Source of the DNA: Malacoraja senta
Taxonomy: Eukaryota
Assembly (NCBI GenBank): GCA_038087875.1
Contig: CM075997.1
Coordinates: 9,054,001 to 9,118,000, forward strand
Length of the DNA: 64,000 nt
Direction of reading: 5' to 3'
The notes beneath the pieces were generated by a model. It saw only the letters and a list, made by a program, of their open reading frames with translations, was not told the DNA's origin and did no database searches. A program made the translations under genes and the position numbers. This document shows positions 1 through 13,320 of the stretch, piece by piece (the stretch's first letter is position 1; every line of letters begins with the position of its first letter).

Positions 1-2852
1 ATGCCTGAGTCTAAGAGGGATCTTAAAAATGGACACATCTTGTACTTGTATACCTCGTTTGGAAAAAGTCTGCCTGAAACAGAGAAATCGCTGAGTTCAC
101 ATTTCTCTTTGTCGGATGCAGAAGGCTATTCATTTGTTACTGTTAAGTTAAAAGTGAAGACTCTCGTTAACCGGACTTTGCTTAAGTTTAAAAAACTCAC
201 CAATCCCAAGGAACTTGGAGTATTTATGGAAATTTGTGATGAAACTTTTAAACTTCCGGAAGGCAGTCAACACATTTCTTTAGATGACATTCCACTGCCT
301 GGTGCTCAAGATCCGGAATCCTTGACATCTGCCGAAAGCCAAGTGCCCATATTTCAAGACACTGAGGACATGGGCGATGACAGTCATAGTCTGCATCCTC
401 CACTGAATCTAGCAATGCCAACGACACCTGCTGCCTCACCTGAACCAATGCCATCGACATCTAGTGTTTCAAAAAGATGTAGCAGAGAATTTCTAAGTCT
501 TTCACCAGGGAAACAAAAATTGACGAAAAGACTAAAGTATATGTACGAATCCAGGGCTGCTCTTTCAACAAAGTATCACACAAAGATCAGTGAACTTAGG
601 GCACGGTTGAAAACTCCCAAACGTATAGTTAATCAAGCCTTAAAGAGAAAGCAAAACCAAATAGATTTAAAGGACAGAAAGATTCAGGAACTCAAAACCA
701 AATTACGTGATAATACTTCTGCACGAGTGCTTGCTATAACACCAAGGCAGAGTTTTTCAAACTTAAAAAAGCACACAGACAATTGCTGATGTTTCGTGGC
801 AGTACGAAAAAGAGGAAAACTGTTTCAATTCACCAGTACAGAAAAGTTCATGAAAATTTAAAGGACAGGGAAGAGGATGTGAGACGCCTCGAATTTGACA
901 ATCTTGTCCTCAAAGAAACAATCGAAAATCTGCAGGCTGCCAGTATTGTCAAGGCAAAGGTGGGCCAGAAAACCTACTCCTCAACAATAAGGATGCATGT
1001 GTTTGACTGTATTGTAAACAAAACTCCCACAGCAAACATTCCAATCCTGATAAGCCAGTTCTACAAGCGGAGTGGACTTCATCTGGATTATGTTCCTCGA
1101 CGCAGTGCAGTTGAAGTTATGGCCCGAGAATTGGGAGCTATTGCTGAGTTGCAAACAGCAGAGATGCTCCTTGCAACAAGGGGTTTGACTGTGGGGTTTG
1201 ATGCAACCACCCAGGAAGAGACCCACATTAACAGTGTTCATTTCACCACCACAAACAACTGTCTCTCTGCAGCAGTTGATGAATTGGCTGGTGGGACTGC
1301 TGAGGACTATGCACAACATATTTGCGAAACAATTGACAATTTGTGTAAAACTTACATTTATTTTAATGAGCAAACAAATTTTCAAGATACAAGACAAAAT
1401 ATAATCGACAACATTTCAAACACAATGAGTGACAGGTGTGCAGCTAATCATGCTGCTATTAGAATTGTGAGTAGTGAGTGGGGTAAATATTTGAACGAGC
1501 TCTACTGCCACTTGCATCCTCTTGACTCCATTGCTACATCAGTTCGCTCAGCCCTAAAAATGCAGAAACAATCCGGAGGACAATTCTTATTTGGGAAAGA
1601 CTGTCTAGCAGTAAATGCCATACTGCAGATGAGCAAACTTAGATACAAAAACGGAAAAGGGGACCCAAAAGGATTTGTCGCATTTTTAGATGACAGGAAC
1701 ATCCCCCGAGGTGTCCTCCCACGGTACCGTGGCAACATATTGCACATACTGTTTCATATTAGTGGCAAGCTGATAGAATATTATGATGACTTTGTAGCAC
1801 TGCTGAATAGCGGAACATCCTGTGGGGGGTTGAAAAGCGCCATCCTCCATGACTTCACCCAGGCTGAAGCAAAAGTAGAACTTCAGATATTGGGCTTACT
1901 TGGCAAATATCTGACTGGGCCTTGAATGAAACGCTTCTACACTTCAAGCCAGAATCAGATCAACCATGTTGATGGCATCAACGTGATTAAAGGGGTGATT
2001 GCTGCTCTAAAGGAAGCCACAGAAAATCCAGAGAACATGATATTGGCAAGGGAAGATTTCTTCGGTGAGGAGGTACATCTTGACGCCACATTGAAAAAAC
2101 TTTGGGAGCTACCAATACATCCACAGTTCAGTTCAAAGATGAGGAGCTGTCTTCAAGCTGTCATCACTGTGTTGGAGAGGCAATATAGTAAATACTTTGA
2201 ACTTGATGTAAATGAGAAACTGAAGGAGGAGACTGCATCAGCAAGATCACACAACATTGATGCGGAGGAGATAATGGGGATGTTTAGCTCATCGTAACAT
2301 AAATCTCCCAATGCCACCATGTGTTATTTGTCATGTAGGATGCGGGCCTGCAAGAATAGAACAGTCAATTACCTTGATAATCTCGAGGAGCATCGTAGGG
2401 AGGAGGTGCTCTGTAAGGCAATGAAATTGGGGAGAGTGCAGAGGAACAGACGGAAGAAAAAACAGAAGGAATTGAGAGCAGAAATCATCAAGCGACAGAA
2501 AGGCAAGGAGCATGCTCGGGACACGAAAGAGAGGAAAAAAATAGAAAAAAAATTGAAAGAGACTGATTTAAACAGCATTCGCAGAGATTATCCAAATTTG
2601 GACTACTCCAAATGTGATGATTTACAGGACATACTTAATGGGAAAGTAGTGGGCAGAAAGGCATGTCATGTGTGGTTTGAAGAGCAAAAACCTGTAGTTT
2701 ACAATGCCAAAATTGAAAAGTTGAGGAAAAACAAGGTGTACAGAGTTGCTTATTGGTTGCAATCTGACGAGTATGATGATGCTACTGATTTTGATATGCC
2801 AATGTACCAGCTAGCAGCTGATCTTCTCCTTAAAGATTTGGTCTTTTGCTAG
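1..2852 (+). pseudogene. Disrupted DDE transposase (~950 codons)
   Basis: ORFs 783-1925, 1926-2297 and 2319-2852 share one frame, separated by single stops (TGA 1923-1925, TAA 2295-2297). ORF 1-789 joins via a frameshift. Motifs: GFDATT (D1), MSDRCAAN (D2), CHLH (CxxH), NIDAEEIMGMF (E). Confidence 0.8.
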
Positions 2853-2877
2853 AAATTGTAAATTAATTACCTATCTG

Positions 2878-3341
2878 TTATGGACTTACAGCATATAATA
2901 CAATAATATTAAAGTTCTGATCTTGAGAATATCACATTTTTGAATTTTCAAAGCAGTCTGGGTGTTTATTACTATTTCCGTCACAACGGTCAATTTTGTA
3001 ATTAGCTACAATTAAGTAACTAACTAATTATATGCTGCAATTTCAGGTCATCCAAGTAAGATTATTTTATATTTGTTTCAGAATGCTTCAATCTATAATA
3101 ACTGAAAATTTCATTCAGTTCTCTTAATTTTTAAGAAAGTTATGGGCTTTTGAGTGTCCCCGATCACAGCTTTTGAGACAAGTCAATGGAAAGGCAATAG
3201 GGAACAAGATGCTAATTTCCGAGTATGAAAATGGCCATAACTTTTTTAATACTGAAGATATCAAAGTGAATTAGGTGTCAAATTACAGACTTGATTTTTA
3301 AAATCTCAAAATTTTGTAACATTGCTACTGATAGTCCATCT
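2878..3341. repeat. Candidate long terminal repeat unit with its own short imperfect TIRs
   Basis: Left end TTATGGACTTACAGCA versus reverse complement of the right end AGATGGACTATCAGTAGCA. The unit starts ~25 bp after the transposase stop. Confidence 0.5.
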
Positions 3342-4142
3342 TAGGCGAAATTAAAAAAACGTCAACTTTGTTGATAAAAACAGCGGAATAGGGCAATGGA
3401 GATTCTGTACGCAAAGCGATGGAAGTAATGATTGAAATGCAGAGTCGCAGTGTGCGCGAAAAGGTCAGCATTCTTTTCAGAAGGAGTCAGTGTAGAGCAG
3501 CAGCATGCGCCCAGGAGTTGAACAGATTGTTCTGCTTCAAGTGGAGGGATTGCAGTTCGAGGAGAGCATGCATCCAGAGTGCAAGTGTGTTGCAAAGCGT
3601 CCTCTTGTATTTAGCTTTAATAATTCAACTCAATATCTCTCTAAAATCTTCTGTTTTGCTTACTGTTATGTGGAGGCCCAAAATGAACGCCTCAAGTTCG
3701 ACTGGTATATGTGTAATCTTCTGCACTCTATTGAGAATTTCCTACTCTTAATTAACATCCTTCCGGTATTTTCCTCCACTGAGCAGCTGGTTTTCCAACT
3801 ATAATATTGTTTCTAATGTTTGTCGGCTACCCGAAAAGATATTAATGTCTCTTCGTTCACCTGCTACATCTCCAGTATTATCTATTTTTCATTTCGGGTG
3901 ACCGCGGTAATTTCTTCGAGGCCTCATTTTACCTTGGTTTACAAGTTTCATATTACGTGGTATCAGGCAGACATTAAGTTTCTTCCTTTCGCTTAGAAGT
4001 GCAGCCCAATGAATACCAGTGGTGGCGACTCCAGGTACTGGCTTGTGTGAGGTATGATTGCAGGATTTCGTTCGGCGTTAACTAAGTGAAGCGAATGATA
4101 TGCAATGCTTTTGAAATAAACTCTCTTCTTTTTCTCATACAG

Positions 4143-5891
4143 TAAACATAACGGCGATCGTGATCCTCTCCCGTGGAAAGTGTGGACTCTCCACATGTAT
4201 CACACGCTACCTGGTGGGGATGGCAGCGGCCGATTTCCTTGTAGTTGTCATTGCTGTTGTTGCGGAGCAGATTAATCTTCTCTATTCGTACGCTAGTTTC
4301 TTGCTCATAACCCCGGTATGTGCTCTGTCGCTGATCTTTAACATAGCAAGTATGGATTGTTCCGTTTGGTTAACGGTTGCTTTCACGTTCGATCGCTACA
4401 TCGCGATTTGCTACCCAAAATATTGTACCCAAAGAACAGCAACAATAGTAATAATAACAGTGGTTATTCTGAGCTGCTTGAGGTGCATTCCATTTTACTT
4501 TGTAATGCAGCCTCGAGTCACCATTGACCTCGTACCGTGGGATTGTGTCCTCGTTCCTGAATACTATACATCTTTCTTCTGTAAAACACATGCGTTCATT
4601 GACAGTATTAGAATTAGAATTAGAATTAGAATTAGACTTTATTAATCCCCTTATTCAGGGGAAATTCAGATGTCCTTGCAGCACACTAATAAAATACAAC
4701 ATAGTATCAAAAAGAAGTTCAACACCAAAACATCCCCCCACAGTGGTTCCCACTGTGGGGGAAGGCACAAAGTCCAGTCCCCATCCTCTTGTCCACCCAG
4801 AGTCGGGCCCACTGAGGCTTCCACAGTCGCCGCCACGGCGCCCGATGTTCTCGCCGGGTGATGGTACTCCGGCATCGGGAGAACCCCCAGCGGCTTGGGG
4901 TACCAGGAACGACCACCTTCCCACCGAAGACCGCGGCTTCCAAGCCAACAGACCGCGCCGGACGGAGCTCCACACACTGGCAATCTCAGCAAGAGATCCC
5001 AGTCTCCGGGATGTACCGTTCAGCGTCGCAGCTGGCCGCTCCACAGAACCGCTACTCCACGATGTTCTCATCGGCGATCCCAGTATACTGGAGTTCCAGC
5101 GCGGCGACCCAGGAAAGGCATCGCCCGCTCCACCACAGCGCTCCAGCGCAGCACCGCCGCCAAAGCCGATGTTCTGCGCCGCCGCCAAAGCCGATGTTCT
5201 GGCCAGGTCCCCTCAGGGAAACGTCGCTCCAGGACCCGCTGGTAGGCCGCAAGGACAGGTCGAAGGCGCTGCTCGGAGGAAGGCAACCGCTCCGACCAGG
5301 TAGGGACTCGAAAAACAGTTTCCCCCTTCCCCCCCACCACCCCCCACACATAAAAAGATTAGGCCACCTGACTACACACTCAACGTACTAAAAATAATTT
5401 TAAAAAAGAAGGGGAAAAAACGGACAGCTGCAGAACAGGCAGCCCTTCTGGACAGCGCCTCCTCCGGAATTATAACGCCATTATTACCAATTTGTTTCAT
5501 TCTTCTGTGTAATGGTTTAACAATCCGGCACATTATTAGAGCAAATAAAGTCCGAAGGGGAATCCGGAGGAACACTGATAATCAAAAGGATTCGGAAGTG
5601 GAGAACCGTAGAAAATCGATGATTCTGCTGTTCGCTTTGTCAGCCAATTTCATATTACTGTGGTTGCCCTATGTAATACACTCCATGACATGGCAAACAG
5701 TGAATATTGCCTACGAAGACAAACAATTGAATAACCCGACATACATTATGCAGCAATGTGGATTTATGTTACAGTTCCTCAGTACCTGCACAAACACGTG
5801 TATCTATACACTGACTCAGAGGAAATTCAGAGAGGAATTGAAACATGGAGTAAAGTATTTGATTTCATTGAATGGAATGCTCTTTAAATAA
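4143..5891 (+). pseudogene. GPR139-like class A GPCR, coding exon 2, interrupted by a retroposon
   Basis: Polypyrimidine tract plus AG at 4141-4142, then (V)NITAIVILSRGKCGLS..MAAADFLVV..FDRYIAIC..FIDSI | insertion 4611-5468 | ITPLLPIC..ENRRKSMILLF..CTNTCIY..TAA 5891. Colinear with the intact paralog at 55549-56447. Exon 1 was not found in the window. Confidence 0.9.
4611..5468 (-). mobile_element. GC-rich non-autonomous retroposon (unclassified) inserted in the GPCR exon
   Basis: (GAATTA)n tail at 4611-4635. ATTA flanks both sides (4607-4610, 5469-5472). Removing it restores the GPCR frame. Shares motifs with 39125-40590 and 45490-46160. Confidence 0.85.
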
Positions 5892-6164
5892 CTAAAACAA
5901 ACAGAACACAAATGTTAGACCAATTTTCCAATACATTTTCTCGAGGGCATTGCAGCTGTCATGAACACCCAATGAACACAGGAAGGCAGATGGCGGTGAT
6001 GTGGATTCCAATACCGTCCTGCGCACAACAGATTATTGAACTAAACCGATAAATAGTGCCATATGGTAGGGAAACAATTCCTTCCGTCTATGCCAACCAA
6101 GGCTAGGCTCTTCCATTTGCCTGCGTTTTCCCCTTATTCCCCTTTACCATTCATGTCCATGTTC

Positions 6165-6420
6165 ACGAGTTCACATGATCACAAATTATGGTAATATAAT
6201 TAGGCCATTCGTCTCATCGAGTCTACTCCATCATTCAATCATGATTGATATCTGCCTCCTAGTCCCATTTTTCTGCCTTCTCCCCATACACCTTGACATC
6301 AGTTCTAATCAAGAATATGTCTACCGCTGCCTGAAATAAAATACACTGACGACCTCCGCAGCCCTCTGTGGTAATGCGTTTCCCTGATTAACTGTCCTCT
6401 GAATAAATAAGTCACCTTTC
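6165..6420 (-). mobile_element. Degenerate CR1 LINE 3' end
   Basis: Diverged match to the CR1 3' ends elsewhere in the window (taggccattcg..cattcaatcatg..gccttctccccata). Confidence 0.6.
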
Positions 6421-9227
6421 TACATGTACCCGTGAAATGATATTAATGGTGTCATTCGGGTGTAACCCATCCCTCTTGTGCTGCTTATCTGACATGTACT
6501 AAATGGGGTAAATGGACCAGAAAACTTGGTCCCGCAACGTAATTGGTGCTTTGACAGCATTGATATTAAATTACATTCCAATTCGATGGTAATTGCGGAT
6601 GTTTAGGAATGAAAAAGGCATCTTTGATATTGAAATAATTACTCTGGTAAGGTCCTTACTGTTCATATCGGGTCAAGGGGGGTGTATGCGGATTGCGGGG
6701 TGGGTGGATAGGGTGGGGGTCCCTTTGTTTGTATATCTAATTGAGCTGGAATGAGCGGATATTATTTAGCAAAGCCGCTAAAACGACAAACAAGTATGTT
6801 AATTTCAAGAATATTGTTAACATATTTTAAATAAAGCATACTTGTACATACTTGACATGGACATACTTGAACCGATTACACTTTTTATAGACATATTTGA
6901 TAACTGGAATATATTTATAGCCATATTTGATTACTGGAATAAGCTTGTAGCGGAGGTGGGGCAAGCCAGTATAACGACAAGCCTCACAAGGCACTAGGTA
7001 GACAAGGGCAGATCGAAGTCACGGAAAGAAAGGCCCCAATATAACGAAATTGAAGGTGCCTATATGGTCGAATGGTGGAAGTGGATGTGGAGGGCCTGAA
7101 ATATCCTGTAATGATGGGTTCTATACTTCTGATTCTGAGAATATATGTTTAATAACAGATATTTTGGCAAATAACTTGGCATTAAAAGGTGTATCTATAG
7201 GCCTCTGTGTTTTACAAGACACACCAGGACGTGTGATTTACTGTGTACATATTACGAAAATTAGAACCATGCAATTTATCTAAGCTAAACAAAATCTGAC
7301 ATCCCTCGACCCACTATCTAAGCTAATGCAGATGCCCCGTAATTTTAGATTTACTCTCCATTCTGCTATCCATTTTTATAACGCTGCCACCCACATTATC
7401 ATTCAACAGGGAAACATGGATTAAACATAATAATTGTACACAGATGCACACAACCGACCCCATTACACATTCACAGCCCCAAGCTTCCCATCAAAAATCA
7501 ACCAATCACTGCAACATGTTTTCGATTTCCAACAAAGTATAGTGTTATCCCTGCCCTCGTGATAATGTACACTTCATTCGCATGACTCCTGCGCCTGCGA
7601 TGCTCCAAAGCGAAATAAAACGCACTATCCAGGTCGGGCTGGTCATACTCACATCCGTGGTTCAGAAGATACATGATCGATCTCGTGTTTGGACAGACCA
7701 GCCCTCTCCAACATACATTATATGTACACTATTCCAACAAACGATATTTTTAGCTAACTGTTTATAGGAAGTGGTAGAATCTAATCTCAAGAACAAATCG
7801 TTCCTGTGTCAAAATAACGTCCACGTGGGCAGTGTCAACCGGTTTAACCAAGTCAATATATTTCGTCACTAAATTCAGTTAAATTTGTGAGATACGATTT
7901 TAAATGCACAAATCCTTGCTGACGAAGATATTATGCGCTGGTCTCTCCAAACACGAGATCGACCGTGTAGCTTATCAACCACGGATGTGAGTATCACCGC
8001 CGTACCTGGATAGTATGATTTGTTTTCCTTTGGAGCGAAGCAGGCGCAAGGGTGATGTGAATGAAGTATACATAATCACGATGGCACAGATAACGTGAAC
8101 ACTCACTGTATTTTTCTTCATTGGAAATGTGTTATACAATTGGAGACTATCGGCTTAAGATGAGAGGAGGATCATGGGTAACGTTATTCGTCAGAGCGGA
8201 GTCCATATCTGGAACCAGCTGCCAGAAAGAGCTTTAGAAATCTTTAGAATTACGACTTCACTATGTGTGCAGCTACTAAACTGGGGCTTCCTTTATTTAA
8301 TGTATCTCGTCTAAATTACAGTGCATAGTTTGAGGAAGCTTGTAAATTTAACAAGGAAAATGGAGTATTGAAAATATACATGTTACAGGGGAAGTTATAC
8401 AAGCACTCTTCCAAGGGACAGTTTCTTTCCAGCTGTTAAATGGCAGTTTCTTCACGTCTGTTAGGCTACAGTTTCTTCCGAGTTGTTCCCAGTTCCTAGG
8501 CAACTGAAACATCCTGTCACCAACTAGGGAGTCGTCCTAACCTAACAAGTACCTGATTTGAGAGCTTTGAACTTCTCTTTAATCGGATTTTTCTGGACAT
8601 TATTATTTTCCGGATGTCCTTTCTTCCGCGAAAATACAAATCCGGTCCCCATCTAATGCCATCAAAGTCGGCGTTGTTGTCCAAGTTCCCCGTTGTCATG
8701 TATTCATCAATAGTAATACAGAGGTGACAAAGTAATTGCGGACTTTACCTTGACTTGTTTAGGTTCTGAGCGGTACCAATTTTTACCCTAATTATCCTTT
8801 ATTCCTTAATGTACTTTAAAAACTATATTTAGAATATCATATTGAATACCTATAACGGGAAACTGTTGCTCCCTTTCGCCTTCCAGATTTCCTTCTTAAC
8901 AACGCTCCTATAGGAATATACATGATCCCAACTACATATAGCTGTCGCATGCATCCTCTGTTTTTCTGCTAAGCCCGGCGTCTTTACGCCCATCTGCTGT
9001 GCCCTTCAATGGAACAGAAGCAGGCAGGTCCTAAACTCTCATCGTCAGTTTAAAGGAGTTGTGAGTGTAAAACTTTTACACATTGAATGTGGCGTTCTCA
9101 AACGCACCGATAGAGGTGGAGATGGAGGTGGAGGCAGATACGGTAGTGGGGTCTGAGGCTTTTGTTTAGGTACATGGAAGTGGGTGGAATTAAGGGATAT
9201 TGGTCATGTACAGACAGATCTGTTTAA

Positions 9228-12200
9228 ATAGAGCTCTAGGGGATAGTGGAGTCAATGGATATGGGGAGAAGGCAGGCACGGGTTATTGATTGCGGAAGAT
9301 AGAAACATAGAAACATAGAAACATAGAAAATAGGTGCAGGAGGAGGCCGTTCGGCACTTGGAGCCAGCACCGCCATTCATAGTGATCGTGGCTGATCGTC
9401 CCCTATCAATAACCCGTGCCTGCCTTCTCCCCATACCCCTTGACTCCACTAGCCGCTAGAGCTCTATCTAACTCTCTCTTAATTCCATCCAGTGACTTGG
9501 GCTCCACTGCCGTCTGTGGCAGGGAATTCCATAAATTCACAACTCTCTGGGAGAAAACGTTTTTTCTCAACTCAGTCTTAAATGACCTCCAATTAATTCT
9601 AAGACTGTGGCCCCTGGTTCAGGACTCGCCCAACATTGGGAATATTTCCCTGCATCTAGCTTGTCCAGTCCTTGTATAATTTTATATGTTGCTATAAGAT
9701 CCCCCTCATCCTTCTAAACGCATGTGAATACAAGTCTAGTATTTTCAATCTTTCCTCATATGACAGTCCCGCCATCCCAGGGATCAATCTCGTGAACCGC
9801 CGCTGCACTGGCTCAATCACAAGGATATATATCTCAATCTCAATCAATGCTCCAGATGTGGTCTCACCAGAGCCCTATGCAACTGCAGAAGAACCTCTTT
9901 ACTCCTATACTGAAATCCTCTTGTTATGAAGCCCAACATTCCATTAGCTTTCTTCACTTCCCGCTGTACCTGTAAGCCAACTTTCAGTGACTGGTGTACA
10001 ATGACGCCCAGGTCTCGCTGCATCTCTCACTTACCTAACCTAACCCCATTGAGATAATAATCTGCCCCCTTGTTTTTGCCGCCAAAGTGGATAACCTCAC
10101 ATTTATCTATATGATACTGCATCTGGCACGCATCTGCCCACTCACTCAACCTGTCCAGGTCACCCGGCAACCTACTAACATCCTCTTCACAGTTCACACT
10201 GCCACCCAGCTTTGTGTCACACGCAAACTTGGTAGTGTCGCTCCTCATTCCCTCTTCCAAATCGTTAATATATATGATAAACAGTTGCGGACCCAACGCC
10301 GAGCCTTGCGGCACTCCACTCGCCACTGCCTGCCATTCTGAAAAGGACCCGTTCACTCGTACTCTTTGCTTCCGGTCTGCCAACCAATTTTCAATCCATG
10401 TCAACACCCTACCCTAAATACCATGTGCTCTAATTTTAGTCACCAATCTCCCGTGCGGGAACTTATCAAAGGCTTTCTGAAAGTCTAGATACACTACATC
10501 CACTGGCGCCCCTTCATCCATTTTACTTGTCACATCCTCAAAAAATTGCAGATGATTAGTCAAGCATGATTTCCCTTTCATAAATCCATGTTGACTTGGA
10601 CTAATCCTTTTACTGCTGTCCAAATGCCCCATTATTACCTCTTTAATAATTGACCAGCATCTTTCCCACCACCGAATTCAGGCTAACTGGTCTGTAATTC
10701 CCCGTTTTCTCTATCGCTCCTTTCTTGAAAAGTGGGATAACATTAGCTATCCTCCAATCCACAGGAACTGATCCTGAATCTATTGAACATTGAGAAATGA
10801 TCACCAATGCGTCCACTATTTCTAGAGCCACCTCCCTGAGGACCCTGGGATGCAGACCATCAGGTCCAGGGGATTTATCATCCTTCAGTCGCATTAGCCT
10901 TCCCAATACTATTTCTCGCCTAATGAAAATGTCTTTCAGTTCCTCTACCCCCTTAGGTCATCTGCTCTCCAGTACATCTGGTAGATTGTTTGTGTCTTCC
11001 TTAGCGAAGACAGATCCGAAGTTCCTATTCAACTATTCTGTCATTTCCTTGTTGCCCATAATAATTTCACCCGTGTCTGCCTTCAAGAAACCTACATTTG
11101 ACTTTGCTACTCTTTTCCCTTAACATATTTAAAGAAGCTTTTACTGTCCTTCTTTATATTCCTGGCAAGCTTCCCTTCGTACTTCATCTTTTCAGCCCGT
11201 ATTGCCCGTTTTGTTTCTTTCTGTTGTCCTATGAAAGTTTCCCAATCCTCTGGCTTCCGGCTACTCTTTGCTGTGTTATACATCTTTTCTTTTAGTTTTA
11301 TTCTATCCCTAACTTCTCTTGTCAGCCACGGTTGCCTGTTACTCCCCTTAGAATCTTTCTTCCTTTTTGGAATGAAATCATCCTGCGTCTTCCGGATTAT
11401 ATCAGAAATTCCTGCCATTGCTGTTCCAGCGCCATTCCTGCTAGGATCCCTTTCCAGTCTACCTTGCCCAGCTCCCCTCCAATACCTTCATAGTCCCCTT
11501 TGTTCAACTGCATCACTGACACTTACGATTAACGTTCTCCTTCTCAAATTGCAGATTAAAACTAATCATGTTATGATCATTACCTCCAAACGGTTCCTTT
11601 ACCTCGAGTTCTCTTATCATATCTGGTTCATTGGACAACATTAAATCCAGAATTGCCTTTTCTCTGGTTGGCTCCATTACAAGCTGCTCTAAGAAACCAT
11701 CTCGGGGACATTCTACAAACTCTCTTTCTTGGGGTCCTGAACCAACCTGATTTTCCCAGTATACCGGCATATTGAAATCTACCATCACCACAGTGGCATT
11801 ACCTTTGTTACGTGCCGGTTTTAACTCCTGCTGCAACATACACCCTACATCCGGGCTACTTCTTGCTTTACAATTCTTCATCTCAATCCAAAGTGACTCT
11901 ATCTCGTCAGTCCCTATGTCTTCCCTCGCAAGGGACTGAATTCCATCCCTCACCAGCAGATCTACCCCCCCCCTCCTCTGCCCACCTGCCAGTCCATTCT
12001 ATAGGATGTATAACCCTGAATATTAAGTTCCCAGGCCCGATCCTCCTGCAGCCACGTCTCAGTAATCCCCACAATGTCATATCTACCAACCTCTAACTGA
12101 GCCTCAAGCTCATCTATTTTTTCTTCTTATACTTCGCGCAGTGATATACAATACTTTTAATTCCTTAGGCATCTCACCTTTCACATTGATCCTTATTACA

Positions 12201-13320
12201 CTTGGCCATACTCTCCTATCCCTTTGTGAGCTTCCTTTCCCGTTAATTCTGGGGTCATTAACCATCCCTTTACTCTTTCCCTTAAATTCCGTCCTCGACT
12301 ATCCCATTTGACACCCCAATCCCCTTATTCATTTTAAAACCACTCGTGTAGCAGTGGCAAACCTGCTTGCCAGAATGCTGGTCCCCCACCTGTTCAGATG
12401 CAATTCGTTCCTTTTGTGCAGTTTCTCCTTACTCGAAAACAGCTCCCAGTGATCTAAGAATCTAAATCCTGCCCCCTGCACAAGTTCCTCAGCCACACAT
12501 TCAGGTACCGTATCTCCCTGTTCCTGCTCTCGCCAGCACGAGGAACTGGAAGCAAACCGGAGATAAACACCGTGGAGGTCCTGCTTTTCAGCATTTTTCC
12601 GAGCTCTCTAAAGTCACGCTGCAGGATATTCATCCCCTTCTTTCCAACATCGTTTGTGCCGACATGCACTACCACTTCCGACTCTTCACCTTCGCCCTTG
12701 AGGATTTTCTGCACTCTGTCCGTGACATCTGGATCCTGGCACCAGGAAGGCAGCACACCATCCTCGAATCCCGTCTGTTTCTGCAGAAATCTCTCACAAT
12801 GGAGTCTCCAACTACAATGGCGTTGCCTGACGTTGGTCTCTTTGGTTTTGGCTCAACAGCCCTTTTTGCGTCGCAAGCCAGTCCGCCTCTCAGTGTGATA
12901 ACGTCTTCTGTCCCGACAGCTTCTGAGTGGGTTAACCTGTTCACAAGAGGTACAACACCCGGGGACCTTTGCATTCCATGTTTCCCTCCCTTTCTCACCG
13001 TCACCCACCTTATCTCTTCCAGTACCTTAGATGTAACAATCTTACTGTAGGACTTGCCGAGGAACGACTCAGTTTCTCGGACGAACCTGAGGTAATCCAC
13101 TTGCTTCTCCAGTTCCCCAACACGGTCCTTCAGGAGCTGTACCTGGATGCACTTCTCACATTTCTAGCAGCCAGAGGCAACAGCAGTGTCCTTGACCTTC
13201 CACATACTGCAAGCATCACACTGAATCAGCTTGCATGATCAGCCACGATCAGCCATGATCACAATGAATGGCGGTGCTGGCTCGAAGGGCCAAATGGCCT
13301 CCTCATGCACCTATTTTTAA
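9228..13320 (+). mobile_element. Short CR1 family A 3' fragment split into 9228-9300 and 13236-13320
   Basis: The two halves join into the family A 3'UTR seen intact at 36895-37040 (ttattgatagggga-gatcagccatgatcacaatg). Confidence 0.75.
9301..13235 (-). mobile_element. Near full-length decayed CR1 LINE, family A
   Basis: (TTTCTATG)n tail at 9301. RT pieces (SGVPQGS, YLDFQKAFDK, SPGPDGLHPRVL), APE endonuclease pieces and an ORF1 SGNH esterase (VGDSIVR, CCLPGAR, VHVGTND). Many stops and frameshifts. Confidence 0.92.

Larger units (their letters stand above)
1..3341 (+). mobile_element. DDE DNA transposon, KolobokP-like, truncated by the left window edge
   Basis: Transposase pseudo-ORF 1-2852, followed by an AT-rich ~464-bp unit bounded by ATGGACT (2880) and AGTCCAT (3333-3339). 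The family assignment is inferred from motifs and architecture. Confidence 0.6.

Noticed and set aside
3361..4140. Possible exon 1 of the plus-strand GPCR and short ORFs
   Set aside because: No YYP.LA..G + GT donor match found. The region looks like decayed repeat, so exon 1 is probably upstream of the window.
4524..5391. Multiple overlapping long ORFs
   Set aside because: By-product of a GC-rich insert with few stop codons; no domain motifs.
6430..7800. Possible ancient L1/Tx1 ORF2 remnant
   Set aside because: Only vague similarity by eye; cannot be supported without a translated search.
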